Assembly (NCBI GenBank): GCA_041649475.1
Contig: JBAZNA010000001.1
Coordinates: 24,895-88,894, forward strand
Direction of reading: 5' to 3'
DNA: 64,000 nucleotides
Source of the DNA: Patescibacteria group bacterium
GTDB taxonomy: Bacteria; Patescibacteriota; Patescibacteriia; Magasanikbacterales; GWA2-37-8
The notes beneath the pieces were generated by a model. That model had not been told where the DNA came from. It did not search any database and worked only from the letters and a program-made list of their open reading frames with translations. Shown one piece after another: positions 48,537-58,813 of the stretch (position 1 is the first letter of the stretch; every line of letters begins with the position of its first letter). The translations under genes and the position numbers were made by a program.

Positions 48537-48541
48537 AATAA

Positions 48542-49573
48542 TTAAATTATTTGATCGCTTACGCTTTGAAAAATCACTTCATTTATATCCCGTGCGCCGG
48601 TAAACAATAATACCATACGATCCACGCCTAATGCAATACCCCCTGCCGGACGAATTCCCGACCTTAAAGCGCCTATAAAACCCGGGTCAACCGGCCAAAT
48701 TTCTTTGCCCAATTTTGCTCTATGCTCTTTATCAGTTTCCAGCCGCGAATTCTGATCTTCCGCATCAGTGAGTTCACCAAAGGCGTTGGCCAGTTCCACA
48801 CCGCCAATGTATAATTCAAATCTTTCGGCGTAGCGCTTATCGTCCGCGCAGAGCCGTGAGAGCGATGCCATTTGCGCCGGATAATCATAAACAAAAACCG
48901 GCTTATCAATTCCCAAATTCGGTTCAATTTTATTTAAAAAAATCTTAAAAAATAAATCTTCATAGGCATCATCTTCGCTGACATTAAAACCGAGCGCGGC
49001 AGCCAATTTTCTCATACTTTCAATTTCCAAATAATCATCCAGATTGACATTGACATATTTCTGCCAAATGCTTTTCATGGTTACCCTATCCCATTCGCCC
49101 GTCAGACCAACTTTACGGCCATTATATTCCGCTTGCGCGGCAGACAATTTTTGCGCTACAAATTTAAACAAATTTTCAGTATCATCCATGATCTCAAAAT
49201 AAGTCCCCGGCGACCTGTACCACTCAATCATGGTGAATTCGCTGTTGTGCAAACCGCCGAATTCTTCATAGTCGCGGAAGGTTTTGGTTATCTGAAAAAT
49301 TTTGCCGTAACCGGAAGCCAACAGTTTCTTCATTGAAAATTCCGGCGATGTATGCAAATAAAATTTTTCTTCCTTGCCGCTCTGATCATGAATCGTAATC
49401 GGCATGGGGTTTAAATACGGCTCCTGTCCGGGGAAACGAACCGCGAGCGGCGTATCGGTTTCCATAAAGTCCTTTGACCAAAAAAATTCGCGGATTAATC
49501 TGATGATTTTAATTCGCGTATTATAAATATTTTGCAGTCGCGGATTGTCTTTTAAATCCTGCCAGTTTGACAT
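48542..49573 (-). CDS. epmA: EF-P lysine aminoacylase EpmA (GenX/PoxA)
   Basis: YLHTSPEF.MKKLLA, H.SEFTM.EWY, ERFELY..G.ELANAF.EL.D, G.ALGVDR; no anticodon domain; next to efp. Confidence 0.93.
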   Translation of the reverse strand: MSNWQDLKDNPRLQNIYNTRIKIIRLIREFFWSKDFMETDTPLAVRFPGQEPYLNPMPITIHDQSGKEEKFYLHTSPEFSMKKLLASGYGKIFQITKTFRDYEEFGGLHNSEFTMIEWYRSPGTYFEIMDDTENLFKFVAQKLSAAQAEYNGRKVGLTGEWDRVTMKSIWQKYVNVNLDDYLEIESMRKLAAALGFNVSEDDAYEDLFFKIFLNKIEPNLGIDKPVFVYDYPAQMASLSRLCADDKRYAERFELYIGGVELANAFGELTDAEDQNSRLETDKEHRAKLGKEIWPVDPGFIGALRSGIRPAGGIALGVDRMVLLFTGARDINEVIFQSVSDQII

Positions 49574-49601
49574 ATGCTTTTCATTCGCGCGTATAAATCA
49601 A

Positions 49602-49638
49602 ATCCCCCCGACATCACGTCGGGGGGCTTGTCTTTGTT
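49602..49638 (-). terminator. Terminator-like hairpin after rpsR
   Basis: CCCCCCGAC..GTCGGGGGG stem. Confidence 0.65.
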
Positions 49639-49878
49639 TTAGGCGGCGTAGGGAATCAGTGAGGCCTGTCTGGCGCGCTTAATCGCATTGGCCACCTGCC
49701 GTTGGTGCTTGGCGCACAGACCGCTTCTTCGGCGGGGCGCTATTTTCATATAAGAAGAAACAAAACGTCGCAGGGTGTTTACGTCTTTATAATCAATCAC
49801 CAATTTATTATTCACGCAGTAATAGCACTGCTTGGCTGTCTCTCTTTGGTTTGGAACTGTTCTTGGATTAGGTTGCAT
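49639..49878 (-). CDS. rpsR: 30S ribosomal protein bS18 (Zn-binding form)
   Basis: CYYC, IDYKD, KI.PRR.SG.CAKHQR..A.AIKRAR. Confidence 0.96.
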   Translation of the reverse strand: MQPNPRTVPNQRETAKQCYYCVNNKLVIDYKDVNTLRRFVSSYMKIAPRRRSGLCAKHQRQVANAIKRARQASLIPYAA

Positions 49879-49892
49879 AATTTATTATTTTA

Positions 49893-50351
49893 TTAAAATG
49901 GAATGTCTTCAACTTTTACTTCTTCTTCAATTACCTCTTGGGGGCCGCCTTGGCTTTGATCACCAATCGGCTCAACACTGGGTTCGCCGGCCACTCCTGT
50001 AGGCGCGCCTCCGGCGCCGGCTCCGCGGGAATCAAGCATAATTAAATTCTCCCCGATTATTTCTGTTCTGTATCTTTTGATGCCATCCTGGCCTGTCCAT
50101 TCCCGGGTTTGTAATCGTCCTTCAATATATATCTTGGCGCCCTTCTTTAAATACTGATTGGCGATTTCGGCCAATTTTGACCAGACAACTATATTGTGAT
50201 ATTCAACACCTTTTTGTTTTTGACTGTTCGCATCTACCCAGAACCTGTTGGTGGCCAAGCTTAATGTGGCCACTGATTTACCGTTTGGTGTGCTGCGAAG
50301 CTCCGGATCGCGGGTTAGCCGACCGATTAACATTGCCTTGTTTAAATCCAT
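49893..50351 (-). CDS. ssb: Single-stranded DNA-binding protein
   Basis: LNKAMLIGRLTRDPELR, YIEGRLQTR.W, C-terminal DIPF. Confidence 0.97.
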   Translation of the reverse strand: MDLNKAMLIGRLTRDPELRSTPNGKSVATLSLATNRFWVDANSQKQKGVEYHNIVVWSKLAEIANQYLKKGAKIYIEGRLQTREWTGQDGIKRYRTEIIGENLIMLDSRGAGAGGAPTGVAGEPSVEPIGDQSQGGPQEVIEEEVKVEDIPF

Positions 50352-50387
50352 ACTACGTAAAATTAAGGATTAAGTTCCTCCATTCTA

Positions 50388-50837
50388 CTACACCTCATCT
50401 AAAATTTCGTTCAATTTAGTATCAATATCCTTTAAATTCACTTTTTTGTCGGATTCCGCTGCAGAACCGGCTCCTACGCGTTCGTCCATTTCCTTCATGG
50501 TAGTTACCCCCACCTCATTGGTACTATACATAATTTTCTTGGTGGCGGTTAAGCTGGTTTTGAAGTAACTCACCATACTGCGCAAAACATCGGTTCGCAG
50601 TGATAATTTTTCTTCAATATTTTTAACAACCTCTGATTCGGCATTAAAGACCACGGTATAAAAATAGCCGTAGCGAATCTGCTTTATCGGATAAGCCAGG
50701 CGAATTTTGCCCAGATTGTTGATTTCAACGTCTTGAGCGCCGGCTTTAATTATATCCAAAATCTCCTGCACATGTTGTTCGGCTTCTTTTTCGTCAAACG
50801 TGCCGGGTAAAGTTAACAGTAATTCGTATTTCTTCAT
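50388..50837 (-). CDS. rpsF: 30S ribosomal protein bS6
   Basis: MKKYEL, G..RLAYPIK...G.Y, VLR; rpsF-ssb-rpsR order. Confidence 0.93.
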   Translation of the reverse strand: MKKYELLLTLPGTFDEKEAEQHVQEILDIIKAGAQDVEINNLGKIRLAYPIKQIRYGYFYTVVFNAESEVVKNIEEKLSLRTDVLRSMVSYFKTSLTATKKIMYSTNEVGVTTMKEMDERVGAGSAAESDKKVNLKDIDTKLNEILDEV

Positions 50838-50969
50838 AGATATATTATATATTTTAGTGTGACTATCTTATCATAATTTGAGAAAAAGTCAACACCTTTG
50901 GGATTAAGCCGTTTTGTGCTATAATATTTCTAGATATTCCCGCCCTCGCGGGAATAAGAATATTTTTAT

Positions 50970-52700
50970 ATGCTCCCATCCACCGTTTTAAAAGATGTCA
51001 TAAAAAAATTCAGTTTGGCGCCTGCCTCCGCCATTCGTTCAGCCCAAGGCAAGGCCACCCAAGCGCACAAAAACCTTGAAGATATACTAATAAACGAGGG
51101 CATAATCAATGAAGCGGACCTCTATGAAAAAGCGGCGCAATATTTGGATATCCCGTTTATCAGCTTAAAAGGCCGGGAAATAAAAAAAGAAATCTTGAAC
51201 CTTATCCCCGGTCCGGTTGCCGGCACGCACCAGGTGGTTGCTTTTGATAAAGAAAAAGACGGGCTAAAATTGGCCATGACCGACCCTACCGACATCCAAA
51301 CCATAGAATTCTTGCATAGAAAAACCGGCCTGGAACCAAAAATATACATCACTCCTCCCGGCGATCTAAAAGAGGCCTTGCACCGATACCATGCCGAACT
51401 TGAAGAAGACCTGCGCGTGATCCAAGATGCTACCGGCGGCGGTGAAAGCGGTAAGGATTTAAAGAAAGCGGCCGAAGAAGTCCCTACCATAAACATCGTT
51501 AACAGTATTTTAGAACACGCCGTCTATGAAGGCGCGTCCGATATTCACATTGAACCGGCGGAAAAAGAAATCTCCGTCCGCTACCGGATAGACGGCATTT
51601 TAAAACAAATAATGACCCTGCCAAAAAATGTGCAAAACGGCATAATCGCCAGAGTCAAGATATTATCAAATCTAAAAATTGACGAGCACATGATCCCTCA
51701 AGACGGCCGGTTTAAGATTCAAATTCAGGATGAAAAACTGGCTTTCCGTATTTCCATAATTCCGGTTTATGACGGTGAAAAAATCGTCATGCGCTTGCTC
51801 CACGAAGGCGCAAAACCGCTAAGTTTAGACCAACTTGGCTTCCTGGAAAAACAAAGAACCATTATTGAGGCGGCCATTAAAAAGCCGCATGGCATGATTC
51901 TGGTTACCGGTCCAACCGGATCAGGTAAAACTACCACTCTATATTCAATCCTGGGCATCTTAAATCAACCGGGCGTTAATATTTTAACTATTGAAGACCC
52001 AATTGAGTATCGTCTCCCCGGAGTCAATCAAAGCCAGATCAATCCGAAAGTCGGTTTCACTTTTGCCTCCGGTCTGCGCGCCTTCCTGCGCCAAGACCCG
52101 AATATCATCATGGTCGGAGAAATCCGCGACCAGGAAACCGCTGAAATCGCCATCCACGCGGCCATGACCGGCCACCTGGTGCTTTCCACCTTGCACACCA
52201 ATGACGCTCCAACCACCGTTCCCCGCCTCATTGATATGGGCGTGCCGCCATTTTTGGTCGCTTACACCACCAACATCATCATGGCCCAGCGCTTGGTGCG
52301 CAAGATCTGCACCTACTGCAAAAAAGAATTCACGCTGGACAAGGCCTCGGCCGTTGAATTGGGAAAAGTGTTTGATGTAAAAAAGATGTCAACTCTTTTT
52401 AAAGACAACATCACCGGCAAAGACGCGGAGTCCTCAAATGACTTGGAAAAAATCAAATTTTATACCGGCGCCGGCTGCCACCGTTGCGGCCAAAGCGGTT
52501 TTAAAGGACGCGTCGGCATTTATGAAATTTTAGAAATTGACGAAGAGCTGATAAAAATGATTAATTCACACGCCACCGCGGAAGAAATAAAAAATTACGC
52601 CAGAGATAAAGGTATGATTACCATGCTTGAAGACGGATTAATTAAGGCAAAAACAGGCGTCACCACCATCAGTGAAATACTGCGGGTAACCAAAGAATAA
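50970..52700 (+). CDS. pilB: Type IV pilus assembly ATPase PilB (GspE/PulE family)
   Basis: ASDIHIEP, PQDGR, GPTGSGKTTTLY, LRQDPNIIMVGEIRD, TGHLVLSTLHTN, CxxC pairs. Confidence 0.93.
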   Translation: MLPSTVLKDVIKKFSLAPASAIRSAQGKATQAHKNLEDILINEGIINEADLYEKAAQYLDIPFISLKGREIKKEILNLIPGPVAGTHQVVAFDKEKDGLKLAMTDPTDIQTIEFLHRKTGLEPKIYITPPGDLKEALHRYHAELEEDLRVIQDATGGGESGKDLKKAAEEVPTINIVNSILEHAVYEGASDIHIEPAEKEISVRYRIDGILKQIMTLPKNVQNGIIARVKILSNLKIDEHMIPQDGRFKIQIQDEKLAFRISIIPVYDGEKIVMRLLHEGAKPLSLDQLGFLEKQRTIIEAAIKKPHGMILVTGPTGSGKTTTLYSILGILNQPGVNILTIEDPIEYRLPGVNQSQINPKVGFTFASGLRAFLRQDPNIIMVGEIRDQETAEIAIHAAMTGHLVLSTLHTNDAPTTVPRLIDMGVPPFLVAYTTNIIMAQRLVRKICTYCKKEFTLDKASAVELGKVFDVKKMSTLFKDNITGKDAESSNDLEKIKFYTGAGCHRCGQSGFKGRVGIYEILEIDEELIKMINSHATAEEIKNYARDKGMITMLEDGLIKAKTGVTTISEILRVTKE

Positions 52701-52716
52701 TTCACTCATTTCGATT

Positions 52717-53832
52717 ATGGCCGGAAAAATTAAAAAACCAAAAAAACTTTCCCCGTTTGAACAAAAATTGAATAAATGGGTCAGTGACCATCTTTCCAGA
52801 GTGCCAATCGTGGATAGAATTTTGTTTATCAGCCACATGAAAACCATGGTTAAAGCCGGGCTATCTCTAATTGACGCTTTAAAAATCTTAAGTGAAGAAA
52901 TAGGCAACAAAAAATTAAAAACGATTATCAGTGAAATCAAAGACGGGGTTGAAAAAGGCAAGCAACTAAGCGAGGTTTTGGCACAGTATCCAAAAGTTTT
53001 TCCGCATATTTATGTCAGTATGATAGAAGCCGGAGAAACCGCCGGCAAACTGGAAATGGCTTTAGACCAGGTGTCAACACAGATGAAAAAAAACCATGAA
53101 TTGTCTTCAAAAATTATGGGAGCCATGATGTACCCGGCCGTAATTGTCGCGGCTATGGTTGGCATCAGTATTGAGGTGGTATTTTTTATTCTGCCGAAAA
53201 TGATGGACATGTTTAAAGAATTTGACGCGCAGCTGCCGCTCGCAACCAGAATCTTAATCGCCTTTACCGACTTTACCATAAAATATGGCGTCTGGGTGCT
53301 GATAGGCCTGGTGCTTTTTATAATCCTTGCCATCTGGTTAATGAAAAAACCAAAAATTAAAAGGGTTATTCATGCCATGAATTTAAAACTTCCGGTCGCC
53401 GGCCCGATTATCAAAAAAATAAATTTGGCGCGTTTTACCTTAACTTTAAATTCTTTGCTGACCAGCACAATTCCAATTATTGACGCGGTGCGCATCTGCG
53501 CCGAAGTGCTTGGCAATGTAATTTACAGAGAAAATCTTTTGTATGTTTCCGAATCCCTGAAAAAAGGCGAAACCTTATCTGAAATTCTGGCGCGATTTCC
53601 CAAAACCTTTCCGCCAATGGTCACAGAAATGATTATGGTCGGCGAACGGTCCGGCCAAACCGAAGATATGCTTAAAGAACTGGCCGAATACTATGGAAAC
53701 GAAGTTGACACAACCATGAAAAATTTCACCACTATAATTGAACCGGTGATCATCCTGATTCTCGGCTTGGCTGTGGCTGGAATTGCTGTGGCGGTTATCA
53801 TGCCAATGTATTCATTGGCCCAAAATATTTAA
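52717..53832 (+). CDS. pilC: Type IV pilus platform protein PilC (GspF family)
   Basis: AGL.L..AL, GE..G.LE, AMMYP, VGERSG, IEP.II. Confidence 0.93.
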   Translation: MAGKIKKPKKLSPFEQKLNKWVSDHLSRVPIVDRILFISHMKTMVKAGLSLIDALKILSEEIGNKKLKTIISEIKDGVEKGKQLSEVLAQYPKVFPHIYVSMIEAGETAGKLEMALDQVSTQMKKNHELSSKIMGAMMYPAVIVAAMVGISIEVVFFILPKMMDMFKEFDAQLPLATRILIAFTDFTIKYGVWVLIGLVLFIILAIWLMKKPKIKRVIHAMNLKLPVAGPIIKKINLARFTLTLNSLLTSTIPIIDAVRICAEVLGNVIYRENLLYVSESLKKGETLSEILARFPKTFPPMVTEMIMVGERSGQTEDMLKELAEYYGNEVDTTMKNFTTIIEPVIILILGLAVAGIAVAVIMPMYSLAQNI

Positions 53833-53846
53833 AAAAGATTAAGTTT

Positions 53847-54956
53847 ATGTTGCTCCGTAACCCCTTCGCCGGTGCCTTTGGAATAAATATCGGAGATCTG
53901 TCCATAAAACTGGTCCAAATTTTGCCTTGCCCGTTTTATAAAAGATGCGGGTATGTTTTAAAAGAAATCCGTTCCGCCAGCATCCCCCCGGGGCTGATTG
54001 TTGACGGTGAGATTCAACAACCCGAACCGGTCCGACAAAAATTGTTGTTTCTGCTCGGCCGTGGCGACCATAAATATAAACCCATAAAATCAACCTGGGT
54101 GGTGGCCAGTTTGCCCGAAACAAAAACCTTTTTAAAGCTGATTGAAGTTGAAATTGACGGCACTGATTTATCTTCGGTGGATATTGCCTATCAAGCCAAA
54201 AAGCATCTGCCTTTTGAGTTGGAAGAAACCTACTTGGATTGGCAAATAGTTAATACCGATACAAAAGAAAATACGGCTCAAATTTTAATTGGAGCCGTGC
54301 CAAAAGTGATTGCCGATTCCTACACGTTCCTGCTTGAAAGTGCGGGCCTTAATCCGATTGCTTTAGAAATAGAAGCCATTTCCATAGCCCGATCAATGAT
54401 TACGGAAGATAAAGATTATACCGGTGAAGCCAGAGCGCTTTTAGATCTTGGCGGCACCAGATCAAGTTTGCTTATATACGACAACAAAAGCATACAATTT
54501 TCAACGACCTTAAAATTTTCAGGCGAACTGGTAACTTCAGCCGTAGAATTGGGCTTAAAACTTGAACGCCATCAAGCCGAGGTGTTAAAGATTAATAACG
54601 GCCTGGCTTTTGACCAAAAAAATCCAAAATATCTGCCGATTGTTTCTAAGTTGGCTGAAAATTTAATAGAAGAAATCAAAACAAATTTTCTTTTTTATAA
54701 AGAACATTTCAAAAATCCGAATAAAATCAACCATATTACCATGTGCGGCGGGATGAGCAATTGGAAAGGAATAGATAACCTGGTCTCGCGAAAATTAAAA
54801 ATAGCGACTCACCCTGGCCACCCTTGGAAAAACCTGTTCAACCGGGGGTTATACAGTTTTGATCAGGAAAAAAGCTTGGGCTTCGCCTCTTCCATAGGCC
54901 TGGCCCTAAAAGCGGCTAAAAATCCATTTGAAGACGGAACCAAAACCATAAGATAA
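53847..54956 (+). CDS. pilM: Type IV pilus assembly protein PilM
   Basis: Actin-like FGINIG..SIK, LDLGG..S, CGG.S, GLAL. Confidence 0.85.
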   Translation: MLLRNPFAGAFGINIGDLSIKLVQILPCPFYKRCGYVLKEIRSASIPPGLIVDGEIQQPEPVRQKLLFLLGRGDHKYKPIKSTWVVASLPETKTFLKLIEVEIDGTDLSSVDIAYQAKKHLPFELEETYLDWQIVNTDTKENTAQILIGAVPKVIADSYTFLLESAGLNPIALEIEAISIARSMITEDKDYTGEARALLDLGGTRSSLLIYDNKSIQFSTTLKFSGELVTSAVELGLKLERHQAEVLKINNGLAFDQKNPKYLPIVSKLAENLIEEIKTNFLFYKEHFKNPNKINHITMCGGMSNWKGIDNLVSRKLKIATHPGHPWKNLFNRGLYSFDQEKSLGFASSIGLALKAAKNPFEDGTKTIR

Positions 54957-54960
54957 CGCT

Positions 54961-55548
54961 ATGATGAATATAAATTTGAATCTATTGCCGCCGCCTAAAA
55001 AATCCAGATTGGAATATGTGCTGAATTTTTTGATGACCAAAGATATATTAGAAATCGTTATTATTGTGTTCGCCACTCTGGCCATAACCTTAATCTGGAG
55101 CTGGATGATTTTGGAAAATCAATACGCTGACTTGGTATCCAGCGCCGTTTTAGTAAACCGCGATTCCTATTCATACAATAAAGACGTAAAAATTGTTAAC
55201 GACGCCGTTGGTGAAATAATCAAGATCAGCAGAGAATACGGCATTATCACCCCGAAACTTACCGAGCTTATTTCCGATCTGCCGCCCGATATTAAAATCA
55301 ATTCCATGCAGTTTGACAGAACAAGTCAAAATTTAATCTTATCCGGAACCGCCAAAACCAGAGAGGCGTTGCTTAATTTTCAAAGCAAACTCCAGAGCAT
55401 AACCTGGTTAAGCGGAATTGAAACACCCGCTTCCCAACTTTTTCAAAAAGAAAACATTAATTTTCAGTTTACGTCCGGTCTCAAGGGCTTGCCGCCAATT
55501 GGCAGCAAAGAACCATCCAGATCGGCCCCAGCAGATTCAGACCTATGA
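54961..55548 (+). CDS. pilN: PilN-like protein
   Basis: NLNLLP motif, TM helix, LP..I.I..., L.G.A..R. Confidence 0.78.
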   Translation: MMNINLNLLPPPKKSRLEYVLNFLMTKDILEIVIIVFATLAITLIWSWMILENQYADLVSSAVLVNRDSYSYNKDVKIVNDAVGEIIKISREYGIITPKLTELISDLPPDIKINSMQFDRTSQNLILSGTAKTREALLNFQSKLQSITWLSGIETPASQLFQKENINFQFTSGLKGLPPIGSKEPSRSAPADSDL

Positions 55549-56084
55549 AGCTTGATTTAACCAAAAGAACAATTTTAAAGGTTGGCATACTGGCGCTCGC
55601 AGTTCTAATAATTGCTTTCGGAATTTTCTGGCCGACCACTTATTATATTCAAAAAATAAACGACCAAACGTCTCAATTGCGCGCCTTCTTGGAAGAAAAA
55701 TACCAGCAAACGCTCCGTTCCAGAGTCACCAGAAAACGGCTGACTGAAATCAAGAGTACCCTGCCTGATTTGCAGTCGCATATCTTTAAAAAAGGCAACG
55801 AGTTACAATTAATCACCTACCTTGAAAATCTTTCCGCCAAACACAAATTAACCCAGGCCATAAATAATTCCGATCTTGATAAAATCACCAATAATAAAAT
55901 AACTATCGCCATGACCCTTTCCGGAGATTATTTAAATATCCTGAACTATACGACTGATTTGGAATCCTCAATTTATTTCTTAAACATTGAACAATTCCAG
56001 ATAACGCCGGTTTTTACCAGAAATGGCGACCTAACCTCGCAAGTCAGTTTGAACTTAACGCTCGGCATGTATGTCAGCCAATAA
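55545..56084 (+). CDS. pilO: PilO-like protein
   Basis: TM helix, coiled coil, G.Y.NIL.Y...LE; follows pilN. Confidence 0.72.
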   Translation: MKLDLTKRTILKVGILALAVLIIAFGIFWPTTYYIQKINDQTSQLRAFLEEKYQQTLRSRVTRKRLTEIKSTLPDLQSHIFKKGNELQLITYLENLSAKHKLTQAINNSDLDKITNNKITIAMTLSGDYLNILNYTTDLESSIYFLNIEQFQITPVFTRNGDLTSQVSLNLTLGMYVSQ

Positions 56085-56421
56085 AAAAATTAAAACACCA
56101 TTCCTGGTAACCTACACGGGCAAATACGCCTTGTGGAGATTTATTAATATAATTATCATGGGCGCGCTGATCGGCGGCGCTTTGCTCACCTATGTTTTTA
56201 TTTATCAAAACATCTATACTACCATCTCCAATACCTACGCCATCACCGAACTGAATGCAAATATAAACTGGACCACCCTAAATTCCCAAGATTATACAAA
56301 AGCGCAGGACATACTTAAACAAAAGGCGGAAATAAAACAAATTTCACGCACGATCAGAAATATATTTTCTTATGCCGGCTCATCAATACCAACCAGTTCA
56401 ACCAGCACAATCAGCCAATAA
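56071..56421 (+). CDS. Hypothetical membrane-anchored protein at the pilP position
   Basis: Single TM helix, RNIF motif, overlaps pilO. Confidence 0.6.
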   Translation: MSANKKIKTPFLVTYTGKYALWRFINIIIMGALIGGALLTYVFIYQNIYTTISNTYAITELNANINWTTLNSQDYTKAQDILKQKAEIKQISRTIRNIFSYAGSSIPTSSTSTISQ

Positions 56422-57601
56422 GAGTCGTGACTGCGCGTACTGGTTTGTTTTGGGGCGCGAATCACTTATCGCCGCGGCAGAACTGCACGCGGTTTTAAAT
56501 TTGAGCGAGTACAAATTCGCACCGCCGATTTTACAAGCTGTTTTAAACAAATTTGACGCCAAAAAACTGATTACAGAATTCGGCGGCACTATTAAAATTG
56601 CCGAAGAAATCGGCGGCGGCTTAAGTGAAGAACAAATGGCCGATCTGATAGCGCGCGAGCTTGAAACAGTTGAAGGAAAAATCAATTTCGGTTTGAGTTT
56701 TTATTCGCAAGGTGAAAAATCAGAGCAGATGTCTTGGGTGAAAAAATTTGGCTTAAATATAAAGAAAAAATTGAAAGCCGAGGGGTATTCAGTCCGGTAT
56801 GTTGAGAACCGCGAACCGGTTTTGTCTTCGGTCACGGTTGATAAAAATGGGCTGACTGAACGCGGACGGGAATTTTTAATTACAACTGGAACATCTGGCG
56901 CACGGCAATTCACAGTAGCCAAAACTTTGGCTGTTCAGCCATTTGAAGAATTCAGTTTCCGCGACTTTGGCCGGCCCGGACGAGACGACTTAAGCGGTAT
57001 GCTGCCGCCAAAGCTGGCCATGATGATGATAAATTTAGCCCAGTGCCCGAAAGACGGGGTTTTGCTGGATCCTTTCTGCGGATCAGGCACAATTTTAACC
57101 GAGGCGATGTTGTTGGAGTATGAAAATTTGATTGGCGCGGACAATTCCGAAAAAGCGATCAGCGACACGCAAAAAAATATAGAATGGATTAAAGATAAAT
57201 TTGAAGTCGGGGCCAGTAAGGTGGAGATTTTTCAAAATGATATAAAAAATCTATCAAAAAAAGTTAAGGGCGGTGTAAGCGCGATTGTAACTGAACCTTT
57301 TTTAGGCAACCCGCTCAAAGGTTATGAAACCCAAAGCCAGCTTGTCGTGCAAATGGCCGAACTGAAAGAATTATATCTGGCTTCATTTAAAGAATTTTAT
57401 AAAATCTTAAAGCCGGGCGGGGTTGTTGTGTTTATTATCCCCTGTTTCAGATATAAAAACGAATGGCTGAAAATAAACTGCGAAAATGAAATAAAAAAAA
57501 TCGGTTTTGCAACCGAAAAACTTTTTGAAAATCACACTTCATTATTATACGCCCGCCCGGACCAAAAAATTGGCCGGGAAATCTGGAGATTCAGGCGCTG
57601 A
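56372..57601 (+). CDS. Trm11/UPF0020-like RNA methyltransferase
   Basis: RD.GRP, GMLPPKLA.MMINL, LLDPFCGSGT, IVTEP.LG; start uncertain. Confidence 0.78.
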   Translation: MPAHQYQPVQPAQSANKSRDCAYWFVLGRESLIAAAELHAVLNLSEYKFAPPILQAVLNKFDAKKLITEFGGTIKIAEEIGGGLSEEQMADLIARELETVEGKINFGLSFYSQGEKSEQMSWVKKFGLNIKKKLKAEGYSVRYVENREPVLSSVTVDKNGLTERGREFLITTGTSGARQFTVAKTLAVQPFEEFSFRDFGRPGRDDLSGMLPPKLAMMMINLAQCPKDGVLLDPFCGSGTILTEAMLLEYENLIGADNSEKAISDTQKNIEWIKDKFEVGASKVEIFQNDIKNLSKKVKGGVSAIVTEPFLGNPLKGYETQSQLVVQMAELKELYLASFKEFYKILKPGGVVVFIIPCFRYKNEWLKINCENEIKKIGFATEKLFENHTSLLYARPDQKIGREIWRFRR

Positions 57602-58664
57602 TGTGAAAATAGCAAACGTCTCCGTCTTTCACCACATAATCTTTGCCTTCTAAACGCACCTTCCCGGTTTCTTTTATTTTGCTCCAGCCGCCAAACTCAA
57701 TAAAATCCTTCCAGTTCACCACATCAGCTTTGACAAAGCCCTTAATAAAATCAGTATGAATCACACCGGCGGCCTGCGGGGCCTTAGCCCCCTTCTTTAT
57801 TGTCCAGGCACGAGTTTCCGGCTCGCCTGAAGTCAAAAATGTCACCAAATCCAACAGTTTATAGCTGGCAGTAATCAGCTTGTCTAAACCGGTTTCAGTC
57901 ATGCCTAATTCTTTCAAATACCCTCTGGCGTCTTCGTCACTTAATTCGGCCAGCTCGGCTTCTAATTTAGCGCTGATCTGAATTTGGGCCGTACCTTTTT
58001 GATCTAATGCCGGCGCTGTGCCGGGCTTTTCGTCCGAATTTATTACATACAGCATCGGTTTCATTGTCAGAAGCTGGGTTTCTTTCATCCAAACGGTCTC
58101 GTCTTCATTATATTCCAAATCCCGCGCCGGTTTACCGGCTTCCAGTTGTGCGTTAACCCTTTCAAACAGTTCAATCTGTTTAACAAAATCCTTAGCCGCC
58201 GCGCCTTTGGCTGATCTTTTTAAATTATCCAATTTTTTGGAAACGGTTTGTAAATCTGCCAGGGCCAATTCTAAATTTATAACATCCGCGTCTTCTTTCG
58301 GATCCACTTTATTATTCACATGAATTACATTGCTATCAGAAAACGCCCGCACCACCTGCACAATCGCATCCACTTCGCGGATATGTGACAAAAACTTATT
58401 ACCCAAGCCCTCCCCTTCGGACGCGCCCTTCACCAACCCGGCAATATCCACGAACTCAATCACGGTGGGGATGATTTTTTTTGAATCTGAAACCTTGGCC
58501 AACTGTGCCAGCCGAAAATCAGGCACCTCAACCACACCCACATTTGGGTCTATGGTGCAAAACGGATAATTTTGCGCGTCTGCCTGCTTTGAGCGCGTGA
58601 GCGCGTTAAACAAAGTGGATTTTCCCACATTGGGCAGGCCGACGATGCCGACGGAGAGAGACAT
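57591..58664 (-). CDS. ychF: Ribosome-binding ATPase YchF
   Basis: [53 protein letters not shown]. Confidence 0.97.
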   Translation of the reverse strand: MSLSVGIVGLPNVGKSTLFNALTRSKQADAQNYPFCTIDPNVGVVEVPDFRLAQLAKVSDSKKIIPTVIEFVDIAGLVKGASEGEGLGNKFLSHIREVDAIVQVVRAFSDSNVIHVNNKVDPKEDADVINLELALADLQTVSKKLDNLKRSAKGAAAKDFVKQIELFERVNAQLEAGKPARDLEYNEDETVWMKETQLLTMKPMLYVINSDEKPGTAPALDQKGTAQIQISAKLEAELAELSDEDARGYLKELGMTETGLDKLITASYKLLDLVTFLTSGEPETRAWTIKKGAKAPQAAGVIHTDFIKGFVKADVVNWKDFIEFGGWSKIKETGKVRLEGKDYVVKDGDVCYFHISA

Positions 58665-58698
58665 ATTTTTTAAATAAGGCGCGAACAACGCGCCTTTG

Positions 58699-58772
58699 TG
58701 GACCTTATGGGATTTGAACCCATGACCTCTTCCATGCCATGGAAGCGCTCTAGCCAGCTGAGCTAAAGGCCC
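58699..58772 (-). tRNA. tRNA-Ala(GGC)
   Basis: G3:U70 in GGGCCTT/AAGGTCC; CTTCC-AT-GGC-AT-GGAAG. Confidence 0.93.
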
Positions 58773-58813
58773 AAACTAAATCTCTACAAATATACTTGGA
58801 AATTACAGTAATG

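Noticed and set aside
49574-49638. No rplI after rpsF-ssb-rpsR as evidence of bL9 loss
   Set aside because: rplI is often located elsewhere; cannot be judged from one window
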